Shown: positions 16,185-24,943, counted from the stretch's first letter. The stretch is DNA of 64,000 nt from an uncultured Actinomycetes bacterium (GCA_963742735.1 CAVUMN010000004.1:576001-640000), one strand, 5' to 3'. Numbers and translations are program-made. Notes: generated by a model not told the origin, from the sequence alone.

Positions 16185-18212
16185 TCACGCCCTGACGAAC
16201 CGCTCCGCCACGATCTTCGCCGCGTAGGTCCCGTCGCCGTAGTAGAAGCGCATCCCCGAGGAGCAGAAGCACGTGAACGCCACCTCGACCCGGAGGTGGT
16301 GTCCCTTCAGGACCTCGTAGGGCTTCGCCGGCGTGAACGCGTACGTCGTCTCGTTGACGGCGGCGCCGGCCTCGTAGCCCGCCCCCGCGCTGGCGATGGG
16401 CATCTCCGAGCCGTCCGGCGCCACGTCGATCAGCGCCGCGGTGATGGTCCCGACGATTCCCTCCGACAGCGGCTCCTGGAGGAAGGCGGTCAGGTCCACC
16501 TTTCCACCCAGGATCAGGTCTTTGGTCAACGCCGGCCCGTCGAAGGCGACCGGCACGCCACCGAAGGTGGTCGTCCACAGGTTCCCGCTGGCCACGTGCA
16601 GGCTGTCGCCGGCCCTGGCCGCGATCGCGCCCACGTCGCCCGGCGCGTCGAGCTCACCCCCGGCGGGGTCTGGGTTCGGGACGCCGGTCCCGGAGTCGGC
16701 CCCGGGCGTCAGGAACAGCTGCGTCGTTCCCACCCGCTTCGTCTTGCCGGGCAGGACGCCGCCGCGGACCGCCGCGGCCTTGGGCGGGACGGGCGGCCTC
16801 GGGGTGACCCCCGCGTAGAGCCCGGGTCCGCCCCGCTGCTCGGCGATCCACGACCACCCGCCCAGGTGCGCCGGGTTCGAGTCGTCCGGGTAGGCGATGA
16901 GTGCCCGGCCGTCCTTGGTCAGCCCGATCTGCAGGACCTCGGCCAGGTTGCGGTTGCCGCCGGTCACGTCGCACAGGAGGCCCTCCAGGCAGATCTCGCC
17001 CGTGTGCACGACGTGGTCGCTCGCGCGGACCTGGGTCCACTTCGACCCCTTCGCCAGTGCGCGCAGGCTGTACGAGTAGTTGACGTACCACTTGGCGTCC
17101 GCGACGGAGGGTTCGGCCGCCGCCGTCCCCAGCCACGCCAGGCCGACCCGGCCCGCGTCGCCGGCGATCACGTACGGGAACACCGCGGCGTGATCCGAGG
17201 GCCCGCTGACCTTCACCGGAGCGCTCCAGGTCATCGCGTGGTCACGCGAGAAGGACAGGTACACACCGTGCAGGTCCGACCAGGCCGCATACAGGTTTCC
17301 GGCCCGGTCCACGGCGATCGCCGGGAAGAGGCCCTGCAGGCTGGTCCCCGGGGGCGCGGCGAACACCTTGTGCACCGTCGGGTTCGCGCCGCCGGGCTCC
17401 GTGATGGCCACCCACACGGTGCGCGGCTTCGTCAGCGGGGTGAGGTTCTCCTCGGTGGAGTCCTGGGCCAGGAACGCGAATGCGGCGCGCCCGTCCCGGT
17501 CGGTGATCAGGTTCGAGTGGATGTTGCCGTTCCCGAGCCCGGGAGCGGGGCCCCCGCCGAACTGTGTGAGCATCTCCGGGGGCAGCATGCCGAGCGGCGC
17601 ACCGAACGTGCGCCCTCCGTCGGTGGACTTCACCATCCACACCTGGCTGATGAAGATGTCGTGGTAGGTCAGGTACACGGTGTCCGGCCCGTACGAGGCC
17701 TGCCACTGGCGGTCGACCCCGACGAAGTTCGCGACCTGTGGGTTGTACTCGAGCGCCTCCCCGACCCCACCGGTGACGGCCATCCCTATCGTGGCCAGGG
17801 AGTTGAGCGTGGAGACCTGGATGTCGCCGTCGGTGGAGATGGACAGCTCGTTGTCGCCGCCCCCCGGCGTGGCGCCGGTGGCGTCCGTTACGCCGGGAAC
17901 CCCGTCGATCTTCGCGACGTGGGTGTAGGTGAACGTCTTGGGGTCGCGGACCCACATGTTGACCCCGCCGCCCGCCCCCTCCTGCGCCGTCGCCCAGATG
18001 ATCCCGTCCGGGTCGGACTTGACCTCGGGCTCGAGCAGCTGCCCGCACCCGATCGGGCCGGCGATGGTCAGGTCGCAGGTCAACTCGACGTTCGGGAAGA
18101 ACGTCACCGGCGCGGGCACCTTGGCCTTGGTCGCCCTCGCCTGGACCGGCGAGAGCTGAGCCACGAGGGCCAGCACGAGCAGCGCTGCGGCGACCGCGGG
18201 CTTTCGCATCAT
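16185..18212 (-). CDS. Secreted sialidase-like (Asp-box/BNR) beta-propeller protein
   Basis: Signal peptide; GGGDNEL, VDRQW, KSTDGGRTF and SRDHAMTWS Asp-boxes; HTGEICLEGLLC; C-terminal beta-sandwich; AAGGA RBS. Confidence 0.8.
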   Translation of the reverse strand: MMRKPAVAAALLVLALVAQLSPVQARATKAKVPAPVTFFPNVELTCDLTIAGPIGCGQLLEPEVKSDPDGIIWATAQEGAGGGVNMWVRDPKTFTYTHVAKIDGVPGVTDATGATPGGGDNELSISTDGDIQVSTLNSLATIGMAVTGGVGEALEYNPQVANFVGVDRQWQASYGPDTVYLTYHDIFISQVWMVKSTDGGRTFGAPLGMLPPEMLTQFGGGPAPGLGNGNIHSNLITDRDGRAAFAFLAQDSTEENLTPLTKPRTVWVAITEPGGANPTVHKVFAAPPGTSLQGLFPAIAVDRAGNLYAAWSDLHGVYLSFSRDHAMTWSAPVKVSGPSDHAAVFPYVIAGDAGRVGLAWLGTAAAEPSVADAKWYVNYSYSLRALAKGSKWTQVRASDHVVHTGEICLEGLLCDVTGGNRNLAEVLQIGLTKDGRALIAYPDDSNPAHLGGWSWIAEQRGGPGLYAGVTPRPPVPPKAAAVRGGVLPGKTKRVGTTQLFLTPGADSGTGVPNPDPAGGELDAPGDVGAIAARAGDSLHVASGNLWTTTFGGVPVAFDGPALTKDLILGGKVDLTAFLQEPLSEGIVGTITAALIDVAPDGSEMPIASAGAGYEAGAAVNETTYAFTPAKPYEVLKGHHLRVEVAFTCFCSSGMRFYYGDGTYAAKIVAERFVRA

Positions 18213-18310
18213 GAGGGTTCCTTTCGAGGGGCGGGACGCATGGCGCTGACTCCTTCGCCAAGGAGGCGGCCGGTTCCTACCCCGCTGAGCGCGGCCGAGA
18301 GGCCTGGGGC

Positions 18311-18751
18311 TTACGGAGTCGCGGTCGGGGGAGGCGTCGCCGGGGGCGGCTGAGCAGGAGGGGGGCCGCCGCGGCCGCCCGGCGCACCGGGACCGCCGCG
18401 CCCACCACCACCGAAGCCGCCGCCGCGTCCGCCGGGGCCTCCGGGCCCACCGCGCCCACCACCACCGAAGCCACCGCCACCACCGCGTCCACCGGGACCG
18501 CCGCGGCCGAAGCCTCCGCGGTCGCGGGTCGGGCGGGGCTCGGGCGGACGGACCTTGATGGTCCGGGGCTTGAAGCCTTCGCGCTCCAGGCGCACATGGT
18601 GATGGTCGTGCAGCTTCTCGCGAGCGGTCTCACGCCATCCCTCGGTCGTGAGTCGCTGGAGCCAGCCCGCCGCGGTCTTCCGCATCCGCTCGGTTCCGGG
18701 CTCCTTCAGGAACAGACGGAGGTACTTGACCTCCTTGTGCTCGCCGGCCAT
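18311..18751 (-). CDS. Small basic protein with RGG/FGG-repeat and Pro-rich disordered tail
   Basis: GGAGG RBS before ATG 18751; about 65-aa folded-looking N-domain, then RGGFGRGGPGGRGGGGGFGGGGRGG repeats. Confidence 0.8.
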   Translation of the reverse strand: MAGEHKEVKYLRLFLKEPGTERMRKTAAGWLQRLTTEGWRETAREKLHDHHHVRLEREGFKPRTIKVRPPEPRPTRDRGGFGRGGPGGRGGGGGFGGGGRGGPGGPGGRGGGFGGGGRGGPGAPGGRGGPPPAQPPPATPPPTATP

Positions 18752-18837
18752 CGATCCTCCGTGCTCGGGTGGGTGGGGCGGCCCCAAACACTACAGGAGG
18801 CCCGGACGAAGTCGCCGGAAACTTTTTCGGCGTTCTG

Positions 18838-18863
18838 GGTTTGGCCTCGGCGCGAGCGGGTAC
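18838..18863 (+). promoter_or_regulatory. SigF/SigB-type promoter for hairpin RNA 1
   Basis: GGTTT(18838-42)-N15-GGGTAC(18858-63), 8 nt before the hairpin. Confidence 0.65.
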
Positions 18864-18871
18864 CCGCTACC

Positions 18872-18945
18872 AGAGTCATCCTCGGTGGACCGGATTCTCT
18901 CGAGGAAGGGGCGCCTTCGAGAGCCGGTCCACCCGGGATGACTCT
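18872..18945 (+). ncRNA. Candidate hairpin small RNA, copy 1
   Basis: AGAGTCATCC/GGATGACTCT, GGTGGACCGG/CCGGTCCACC and CTCTCGAGG/CTTCGAGAG stems; loop AAGGGGCGC; followed by TTGTGTGT. Confidence 0.6.
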
Positions 18946-18993
18946 TTGTGTGTGGGATGTCTGGGGGTCCCCAGAAATGGCGACGCCGCCCGA

Positions 18994-19019
18994 GGTTTCC
19001 GGTGGCGTTTGGCGGGTAG
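18994..19019 (+). promoter_or_regulatory. SigF/SigB-type promoter for hairpin RNA 2
   Basis: GGTTT(18994-98)-N15-GGGTAG(19014-19), 9 nt before the hairpin. Confidence 0.65.
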
Positions 19020-19028
19020 CTTGGGGCT

Positions 19029-19099
19029 GAGCCGTCCGGTGTGGACCGGATCTCTCGAGGAAGGGGCGCCTTCGAGGGCCGGTCCACTCCAGGCGGCTC
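19029..19099 (+). ncRNA. Candidate hairpin small RNA, copy 2
   Basis: Different outer stem (GAGCCGTC/GGCGGCTC) with a near-identical core GTGGACCGGA-TCTCTCGAGGAAGGGGCGCCTTCGAGGGCCGGTCCAC. Confidence 0.6.
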
Positions 19100-19114
19100 G
19101 ACCTCTGTCCGGGG

Positions 19115-19393
19115 TCAGCCCCCCGGCCACTCCGGCTTCTCCGGCTCCTGACTGAACAGGTCGTCCAGGGAGCCGCCCGGCTTCTCGGGTTCCCGGGCCA
19201 GCACGTCGTCCAGGCTCGGCGAGCTCAGGTCTCCCGCCGCCTCGAGCATCTGGTCGAGGTCGCCGCCGGGGTCACCCTTCAGCCGGATCCGCAGCGCCGC
19301 CAGCACGGCGGCGTGGGGCTCGGACAGCCCCTGGTTGACCTTGATCTCGGTCAGCGCGGTCTCGGCGCGGCGGAGAAGGGCCTCGTCGTTCAC
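19115..19393 (-). CDS. Small acidic hypothetical protein (92 aa)
   Basis: 3' end of the long shadow ORF, from GTG 19393 (MNDEALLRRAETAL...EPEKPEWPGG); fills the gap with typical codon usage. Confidence 0.7.
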   Translation of the reverse strand: MNDEALLRRAETALTEIKVNQGLSEPHAAVLAALRIRLKGDPGGDLDQMLEAAGDLSSPSLDDVLAREPEKPGGSLDDLFSQEPEKPEWPGG

Positions 19394-19459
19394 TCCGCCA
19401 GTCTGCCACGCCGCCGCCGGGAGCAGGAACGCGTCCGGGCGGGTCGAACTCTCGTGTTG

Positions 19460-22438
19460 ATGCTCACTCGCGCCCGCACGCTTACTCTGCTTGTCGTCTC
19501 CGTCCTCCTGCTGACCGGGGGAATTCCCCTGCTGCCCCCCGCCTCGGCGCAGATCCCCCCGCTCCTGCCCCCGGGGTCCAATCCCGGCACCGGGCGGGTG
19601 CGGGCCGGCGTGGGCGTGGTCGACACCACCTGGCACGTCGGGGCATCCGCCGGCCAGTACGCCGGCGACCCCGTCCTGGATGGGGAGGGCATCCCGGGGA
19701 TCACCCCCGAGTCGCACTTCGACCCGCACCGCCACCAGCTTCGGCGCGAGCCCTCCTACGGGGTCCAGTCCCGGCTGTCGGCGAGAGCGATCGTGGTCGA
19801 GGGCCCCGACGGGACCCGGATCGCGCTGCTCAAGAACGACCTGTACATCCCCCAGGACATGCTGTGGCGGCGCACCGCCCAGATCCTCGAGGCGAACGGC
19901 ACCTCCGGGATCGACCGCACGCACCTGACGATGATGGCCACCCACAACCACTCGAGCCCGTTCTACAGCTCCACCTCGTGGGGCCCGTGGGCGTTCCAGG
20001 ACGCGTTCGACCTGCGGTTCTTCGAGTACTACGCCCAGGCCCAGGCCGCCGCCGTGGAGAAGGCCGCCGCCACCCTCAAGCCCGTGAGGGTGGGGGCGTC
20101 CGTCTCCTACTTCGACAAGACCCACCGGCACTCGTTCGGCCCTTCGATCGCCGACGACGGGACGCCGGCCGGGTTCCCGAACGGGGAGACCGACCACGAC
20201 TTCATGGTCGTCCGGTTCGACGACGTCTCGAACCCCCAGGCGCCCAAGCCGCTCGCCATCCTGGCCAACTTCGGGGTCCACCCCGAGTTCCTGGAGGGCA
20301 ACAACCTGGTCTCGGCCGACTACATCGGGCCCCTCGAGCGCATGGTCGACCGCGCCACGGGCGCGATGATGCTGTGGACCCAGGGGAGCGTGGGGACGGC
20401 CGAGCCCGAGCGTTCGACGTACCACTCGATCCACGAGCGGCTCGAGTTCACGCACAAGGACTACGCGCAGGCCGAGTACGGCGCGCGTCTGATGGCCAAC
20501 GCCCTGCTCGACACCTGGAACGACGTCGCGGCCGGCACCCCCGAGCAGGCCGGCCGGTTCGTGCCGTTCAAGACCGTGTTTCCGGTGGCGATGGTGGACC
20601 GCTGGTTCCCCGGACACGTGTCGCACCCGTACCCCGGCGTTTCGAACTGCCGGACCGACGCCGTCTTCACGGGCGAGCCGCGGCTCCCGATCGTCGGGCT
20701 CCCCGACTGCACGAGCCCGCAGGACCTCGCCCGCGAGTATCTCGGCGTCGAGATCCCGCCGCTGCCGGTCGACCCGGGGATCACGACGGACACGTTCGAG
20801 GCCGCGGGCATCCCCGTCCCGGAGAACTACTCGGCGCCTTCGTACAACTCGCTCGAGGAGTCCATGGGCGTCCACCTCCAGGCCGCGCGTCTCGGCGACA
20901 TCCTGCTGGTGATGTGCTCGTGCGAGCAGTGGTCCGAGCAGACCAAGAACATCAAGACCCGCACGGACCTCAAGGCGAACAACATCTGGCGGGGCTTCGA
21001 CTGGGGCGCGCAGTGCACCCAGAACCCCGACACCACGTGGAAGTGCCCCAACCCCGGGAACCCGAGCACCTTCCTCGAGCCGGTCACCGACCACGAGTAC
21101 AAGCGGATGCGGGCCCAGGTGAACAACGACGCCCTCGGATGGGACAAGCCGAAGAACGTCCTGGCCGCGGAGTCCGAGCCGGTGGACACCACGCAGATCT
21201 GGGGCAACTTCACCCAGAACGAGCTCCCGATCGGCCCGCACAAGCCGGGCCACGGCTACCCGCTGACGGTCACCCTGGGCATGGCCAACGACTACAACGG
21301 CTACATCGCGTCCTACCGCGAGTACTCGCGGGGCGACCACTACCGGAAGGCCCTCACCGGGTGGGGCGCGCACTCCTCGGATTACCTCGCCACCCGCCTG
21401 GTGCAGATGGGCGGGCAGCTCAACGGCGGCCCGCCCCCGCCGGCGGAGACGCTGGATCCCAGGGAGGTCGTCGACCAGCTGATCAACGACGCGAAGGGGA
21501 TCGTGCTGGGGGCGATCGCCGAAACCGTGATCCCCGCGTACGAGGCCCTGCTGCCCGACGACGGCGAGGACCCGAGGTTCCTCGCCCAGCCGAAGGACGT
21601 CACGCGCTTCTCCACCGCGTTCTTCCAGTGGTACGGCGGTTCCAACTACACCGACAACCCGAACGTGAAGGTCCAGCGGCGCGTTGACGGCGTGTGGAAG
21701 GACTTCGGCGACATGTCCGGCGAGGTCGTGCTGACCCTCGAGTTCCCGAAGGGTCCCCTCAGTGTGGTCCCGTACCTGCTGGGCGACCAGTCCTGGGCGT
21801 GGACGGCGCACTTCGAGGCGTTCGACTCCAGGTTCCAGAACCTCGGTGAGCGGCCGGGCTCGACGCCCGCGGGCGAGTACCGGTTCGTGGTCGACGGCCA
21901 CCACCGCGACGCCGGACAGGCCGTCCCCTACCACCTGGAGTCCAAGGTCTTCGACGTCCGGCCCTGGGACGGCATCACCGCGAACGACCTGCGGGTCGAC
22001 GCGGACGGGACCGTCAGCCTGAAGGTCGGCCCCCGAAGGACGATCGCCGTCCCCGGCATCCCGGGCGGGGCCGAGATCGGCCCGATCGACTACCCCGACT
22101 CCTACGCGTCGCCGATCCCGTTCATCCGCGACGTCCGCGAGTTCCGCCGCGACCCGGCGGCGCCGAACGACCCGAGCCTGCTGGAGTGGTACTGCTTCCC
22201 GTGCACGTTCCGGCCGTGGGCCGACACCGGCCAGGCCGCGGTCGTGAAGGTGACGCTCATCCGAACGGGCGGGATCCACCAGACCTACGAGGCGACCCTC
22301 GGGGCCGACGGGCGCTGGCACACCAGCCAGGCCTTGCTGCCCGGGGAACGGGCCTTCGTCGACTCCGGCGACATCCACGACACGTACGGGAACTTCAACC
22401 GGGCGGCCTCCGCGACCGTCACCCGGCCGCTGGTCTGA
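19460..22438 (+). CDS. Large secreted neutral/alkaline ceramidase-like amidohydrolase
   Basis: Signal peptide; GVQSRLSARAIVV, ATHNHSSP, NFGVHPE, NNLVSADYIG, GMANDYNGY; C-terminal Ig-like PAGEYRF region. Confidence 0.8.
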   Translation: MLTRARTLTLLVVSVLLLTGGIPLLPPASAQIPPLLPPGSNPGTGRVRAGVGVVDTTWHVGASAGQYAGDPVLDGEGIPGITPESHFDPHRHQLRREPSYGVQSRLSARAIVVEGPDGTRIALLKNDLYIPQDMLWRRTAQILEANGTSGIDRTHLTMMATHNHSSPFYSSTSWGPWAFQDAFDLRFFEYYAQAQAAAVEKAAATLKPVRVGASVSYFDKTHRHSFGPSIADDGTPAGFPNGETDHDFMVVRFDDVSNPQAPKPLAILANFGVHPEFLEGNNLVSADYIGPLERMVDRATGAMMLWTQGSVGTAEPERSTYHSIHERLEFTHKDYAQAEYGARLMANALLDTWNDVAAGTPEQAGRFVPFKTVFPVAMVDRWFPGHVSHPYPGVSNCRTDAVFTGEPRLPIVGLPDCTSPQDLAREYLGVEIPPLPVDPGITTDTFEAAGIPVPENYSAPSYNSLEESMGVHLQAARLGDILLVMCSCEQWSEQTKNIKTRTDLKANNIWRGFDWGAQCTQNPDTTWKCPNPGNPSTFLEPVTDHEYKRMRAQVNNDALGWDKPKNVLAAESEPVDTTQIWGNFTQNELPIGPHKPGHGYPLTVTLGMANDYNGYIASYREYSRGDHYRKALTGWGAHSSDYLATRLVQMGGQLNGGPPPPAETLDPREVVDQLINDAKGIVLGAIAETVIPAYEALLPDDGEDPRFLAQPKDVTRFSTAFFQWYGGSNYTDNPNVKVQRRVDGVWKDFGDMSGEVVLTLEFPKGPLSVVPYLLGDQSWAWTAHFEAFDSRFQNLGERPGSTPAGEYRFVVDGHHRDAGQAVPYHLESKVFDVRPWDGITANDLRVDADGTVSLKVGPRRTIAVPGIPGGAEIGPIDYPDSYASPIPFIRDVREFRRDPAAPNDPSLLEWYCFPCTFRPWADTGQAAVVKVTLIRTGGIHQTYEATLGADGRWHTSQALLPGERAFVDSGDIHDTYGNFNRAASATVTRPLV

Positions 22439-22485
22439 GCACGGCGGTTTGACGGGCCGCCTCGGCGGCTGCGGGAATACGCGGC

Positions 22486-22860
22486 ATGCGACCCGTGCAC
22501 GCCGCGCTGGGATGGGCCATCGTCGCCGGCTTCGGCCTGCTGTGGCTGTGGCCGCTGGTCGCGTGGGCGGCCCGCCGGGGCGACATCCACCGCTGGTACT
22601 GGACCCTGCTCGGCACGATGCAGGGGACCCTGCTGGTCCAGCTGGTCGCCGGGGTGGTCCTGCTCGTCGCCGGGGGCCGGATGCCGGTGCTCCACTACTT
22701 CTACGGCTCGCTGTTCCCCGCGATCGTGCTCATCGGCGCCCACGTCGTGGCCCGCGACCCCGACAACGGCTTCACGCCGTGGAAAGTGTTCGGGTTCGCC
22801 GGGTTCGTCGCATTCGGCCTGACCCTCCGGGCCCTCACCACGGGCCTCGGGATCGGCTAG
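22486..22860 (+). CDS. Small four-TM membrane protein
   Basis: Hydrophobic helices, LHYFYG motif, RALTTG end. Confidence 0.8.
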   Translation: MRPVHAALGWAIVAGFGLLWLWPLVAWAARRGDIHRWYWTLLGTMQGTLLVQLVAGVVLLVAGGRMPVLHYFYGSLFPAIVLIGAHVVARDPDNGFTPWKVFGFAGFVAFGLTLRALTTGLGIG

Positions 22861-23033
22861 AAATCACCCGAAACCGGGCCCTTCCGTCACCACTGGACTA
22901 GTTCGAAGCGACCGCCGAAATGGCCACGGGGGGCTATTCACCCCGCCGCGTCCGTCGAAAAGACTGGTTCGCGCCCGGACGTGACGTCCGGCGGGGGACC
23001 CCTCCCCCGCCCGCGATGGAGGAGGTCTCACAG

Positions 23034-24323
23034 ATGCGAACCCGATCCCAGGTGCTGGGCGTGGCTACGGCCGTCATCGTGCTGTTCCTCGCCGGCTTCT
23101 CCTACGCCGGCCCCTTCAAGAGCAACCCCATCCTCGCGCCGGTCGACGACCTGGCGCAGGACGTGATCGTTGAAGACGTGGTCGAGCCGATCACCGGCGC
23201 GATCGGCTCGGGTATCGGCGGGAAGGGCTCCGTGGCCGCCCCAACCGTCACCTCCGACGACGACCTCGCTGGCCACGACACCCCGGATCCCGAGAGTCCC
23301 GACCACGCGTCGGGCGGCGTGCTCGACGCCGACCTCGCCGGCAGCGCCCTCGCCGACGGATCGGTCACGCGCGCCGAGGTGGACGACTCGGACCGGGCGG
23401 CGGGCGACGCGACGGTGCTCTCGCTCCTCGGGAGCGAGATCATCGGCGCGCACTCGTCCTCGGACGGCACGACCAGCGAGGAGTTCGACATCCTCGGCCC
23501 GATCTGTGACGCGAGCGGCGGCGCGCTCTGCGTGCAGCTGCTGTGGGCCTCGACCACGTCCACCCAGGACGCGTCCACGTCGAGCTCCCAGTCGCACACG
23601 GCCCTCGCCTTCGTGTGTCTCGGTGGGACCGCCACCAACGCCGACCACGTCTGCGACGGGCCGATCGGGGCGAGCGTGGGCGAGAGCCACAGCGGGTTCG
23701 TGCGCGACCGGATGACCGGCAGCTCGACCGCGGCGCACTCGACCGACGCGGCGGACCTGTGCCTCGGCGGCGAGGACCCGGCCGGCCTGTGCTCCGGCCT
23801 CGGGGCGAACGTCCTGCACGCCGCGGCGGCGGCCGACACGAGCGGCTTCTCCGCTCGCGACTCGCAGGTCCTGGGCGTCGAGGTGCTCGGCGAGAACAAC
23901 CCGGTCCTGGCCGACCCCCTCGGGCTGGCCATCATGCCGGACTGCCCTCCGGACCTCGGGGTGCTGTGTCTGTACCTGAACCAGGGCGAGGACCTGCTCG
24001 GCAACGGCGCCGTCGGCGCGGCCCAGCAGGCCCTGCACCTCAGCCTGCTGAATGAGCTGGTGCTGGGGCACGTCAGCACCGCGGAGGCGCTGGTCTCCCA
24101 GCGCGCCGCCCCCGGCGGCCCGACCTGCAACGACGGGGCGCCGATCCCGCCGTCGGGCGTCTGCCCGCCGCTGGACAAGCCGCCGCTGGCCCAGGTCCCC
24201 GGCGGTTTGCCGGTGACCGGTGGCGACCTCTGGCTGCCCTTCGCGATGGCCCTGAACCTGATCGTCGCGGGCTGGCTCGTGCTGGCGTGGGACCGGAGGA
24301 ACCGGCTGGTGTCGGTCGCCTGA
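23034..24323 (+). CDS. Cys-rich cell-surface protein with LPXTG-type anchor
   Basis: GGAGG RBS; signal peptide; C-terminal LPVTG, TM helix and basic tail DRRNR. Confidence 0.78.
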   Translation: MRTRSQVLGVATAVIVLFLAGFSYAGPFKSNPILAPVDDLAQDVIVEDVVEPITGAIGSGIGGKGSVAAPTVTSDDDLAGHDTPDPESPDHASGGVLDADLAGSALADGSVTRAEVDDSDRAAGDATVLSLLGSEIIGAHSSSDGTTSEEFDILGPICDASGGALCVQLLWASTTSTQDASTSSSQSHTALAFVCLGGTATNADHVCDGPIGASVGESHSGFVRDRMTGSSTAAHSTDAADLCLGGEDPAGLCSGLGANVLHAAAAADTSGFSARDSQVLGVEVLGENNPVLADPLGLAIMPDCPPDLGVLCLYLNQGEDLLGNGAVGAAQQALHLSLLNELVLGHVSTAEALVSQRAAPGGPTCNDGAPIPPSGVCPPLDKPPLAQVPGGLPVTGGDLWLPFAMALNLIVAGWLVLAWDRRNRLVSVA

Positions 24324-24341
24324 GCTACTTCACCGCAGCAA

Positions 24342-24381
24342 AGGGCCCGCTCGCTCGGTAACGTTCGAGCGGGCGGGCCTT
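24342..24381 (+). terminator. Strong intergenic hairpin (terminator-like)
   Basis: AGGGCCCGCTCGCTCG / CGAGCGGGCGGGCCTT stem with an 8-nt loop after the stop codon of the LPXTG gene. Confidence 0.55.
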
Positions 24382-24407
24382 CTGCTCGTTCGAAAGGGGG
24401 GTGCTCG

Positions 24408-24911
24408 ATGAGGAAGCTCGGGATGGCGGTGCTCGTCGCGATGCTCGCGGTGGTGCTCGGGGCGTCGGGGGCGGTCGGTGCCGCGTTCGACACGGACTTC
24501 GCCTCCGACCTGAGCGGCGGACAGGAGGTCCCCGCGGTTGACACCGAGGCCACCGGCGGGGCGAGGTTCGACGTGATCGACCTCGGGAACGGCCGGCGGG
24601 AGATCAAGTTCCGGCTCGGCGTGTTCCACATCGACCACGTCACGGCCGCCCACATCCACCTGGGATGTCCTGGGGAGAACGGTCCCGTCGTGGCGTTCCT
24701 GTTCGAGGGTGGGCCGACCGGCGAGGTCAACGGCCGGTTGTCGCAGGGGACCATCCGCCGCGGCAACCTGGTCGGACCGCTGGCGGGCCGGGGCGTCCAG
24801 CGTCTGGTGGAGGCCATGGAGTCGAACTGCACCTACGTGAACGTCCACACCACGGAATGGCCGGGCGGGGAGACCCGGGGGCAGATCTTCGGCACGTCGC
24901 CCAACCCGTAA
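24408..24911 (+). CDS. Secreted CHRD-domain protein
   Basis: LSGGQEVPAV, AAHIH..PGENGPVV, YVNVHT...PGGETRGQI. Confidence 0.92.
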   Translation: MRKLGMAVLVAMLAVVLGASGAVGAAFDTDFASDLSGGQEVPAVDTEATGGARFDVIDLGNGRREIKFRLGVFHIDHVTAAHIHLGCPGENGPVVAFLFEGGPTGEVNGRLSQGTIRRGNLVGPLAGRGVQRLVEAMESNCTYVNVHTTEWPGGETRGQIFGTSPNP

Positions 24912-24943
24912 TCGATTCGCGGCGGGCGTCGTAGGCTGACCGC

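Noticed and set aside
18872-19099. Two-copy repeat as a mini-CRISPR array
   Set aside because: Only two copies, about 47 nt, about 110 nt apart, each with its own promoter and outer stem; no cas genes in the window.
18648-19155. Short ORFs spanning the hairpin region
   Set aside because: No RBS, atypical composition; the repeated peptide simply mirrors the duplicated hairpin.
19394-22378. Long antisense ORFs (1087 aa here; also 7560-10736, 16296-18353, 26332-28056, 28609-30825, 56877-58826)
   Set aside because: Shadow frames typical of high-GC DNA, opposite or overlapping genes with clear motifs; no recognisable domains.
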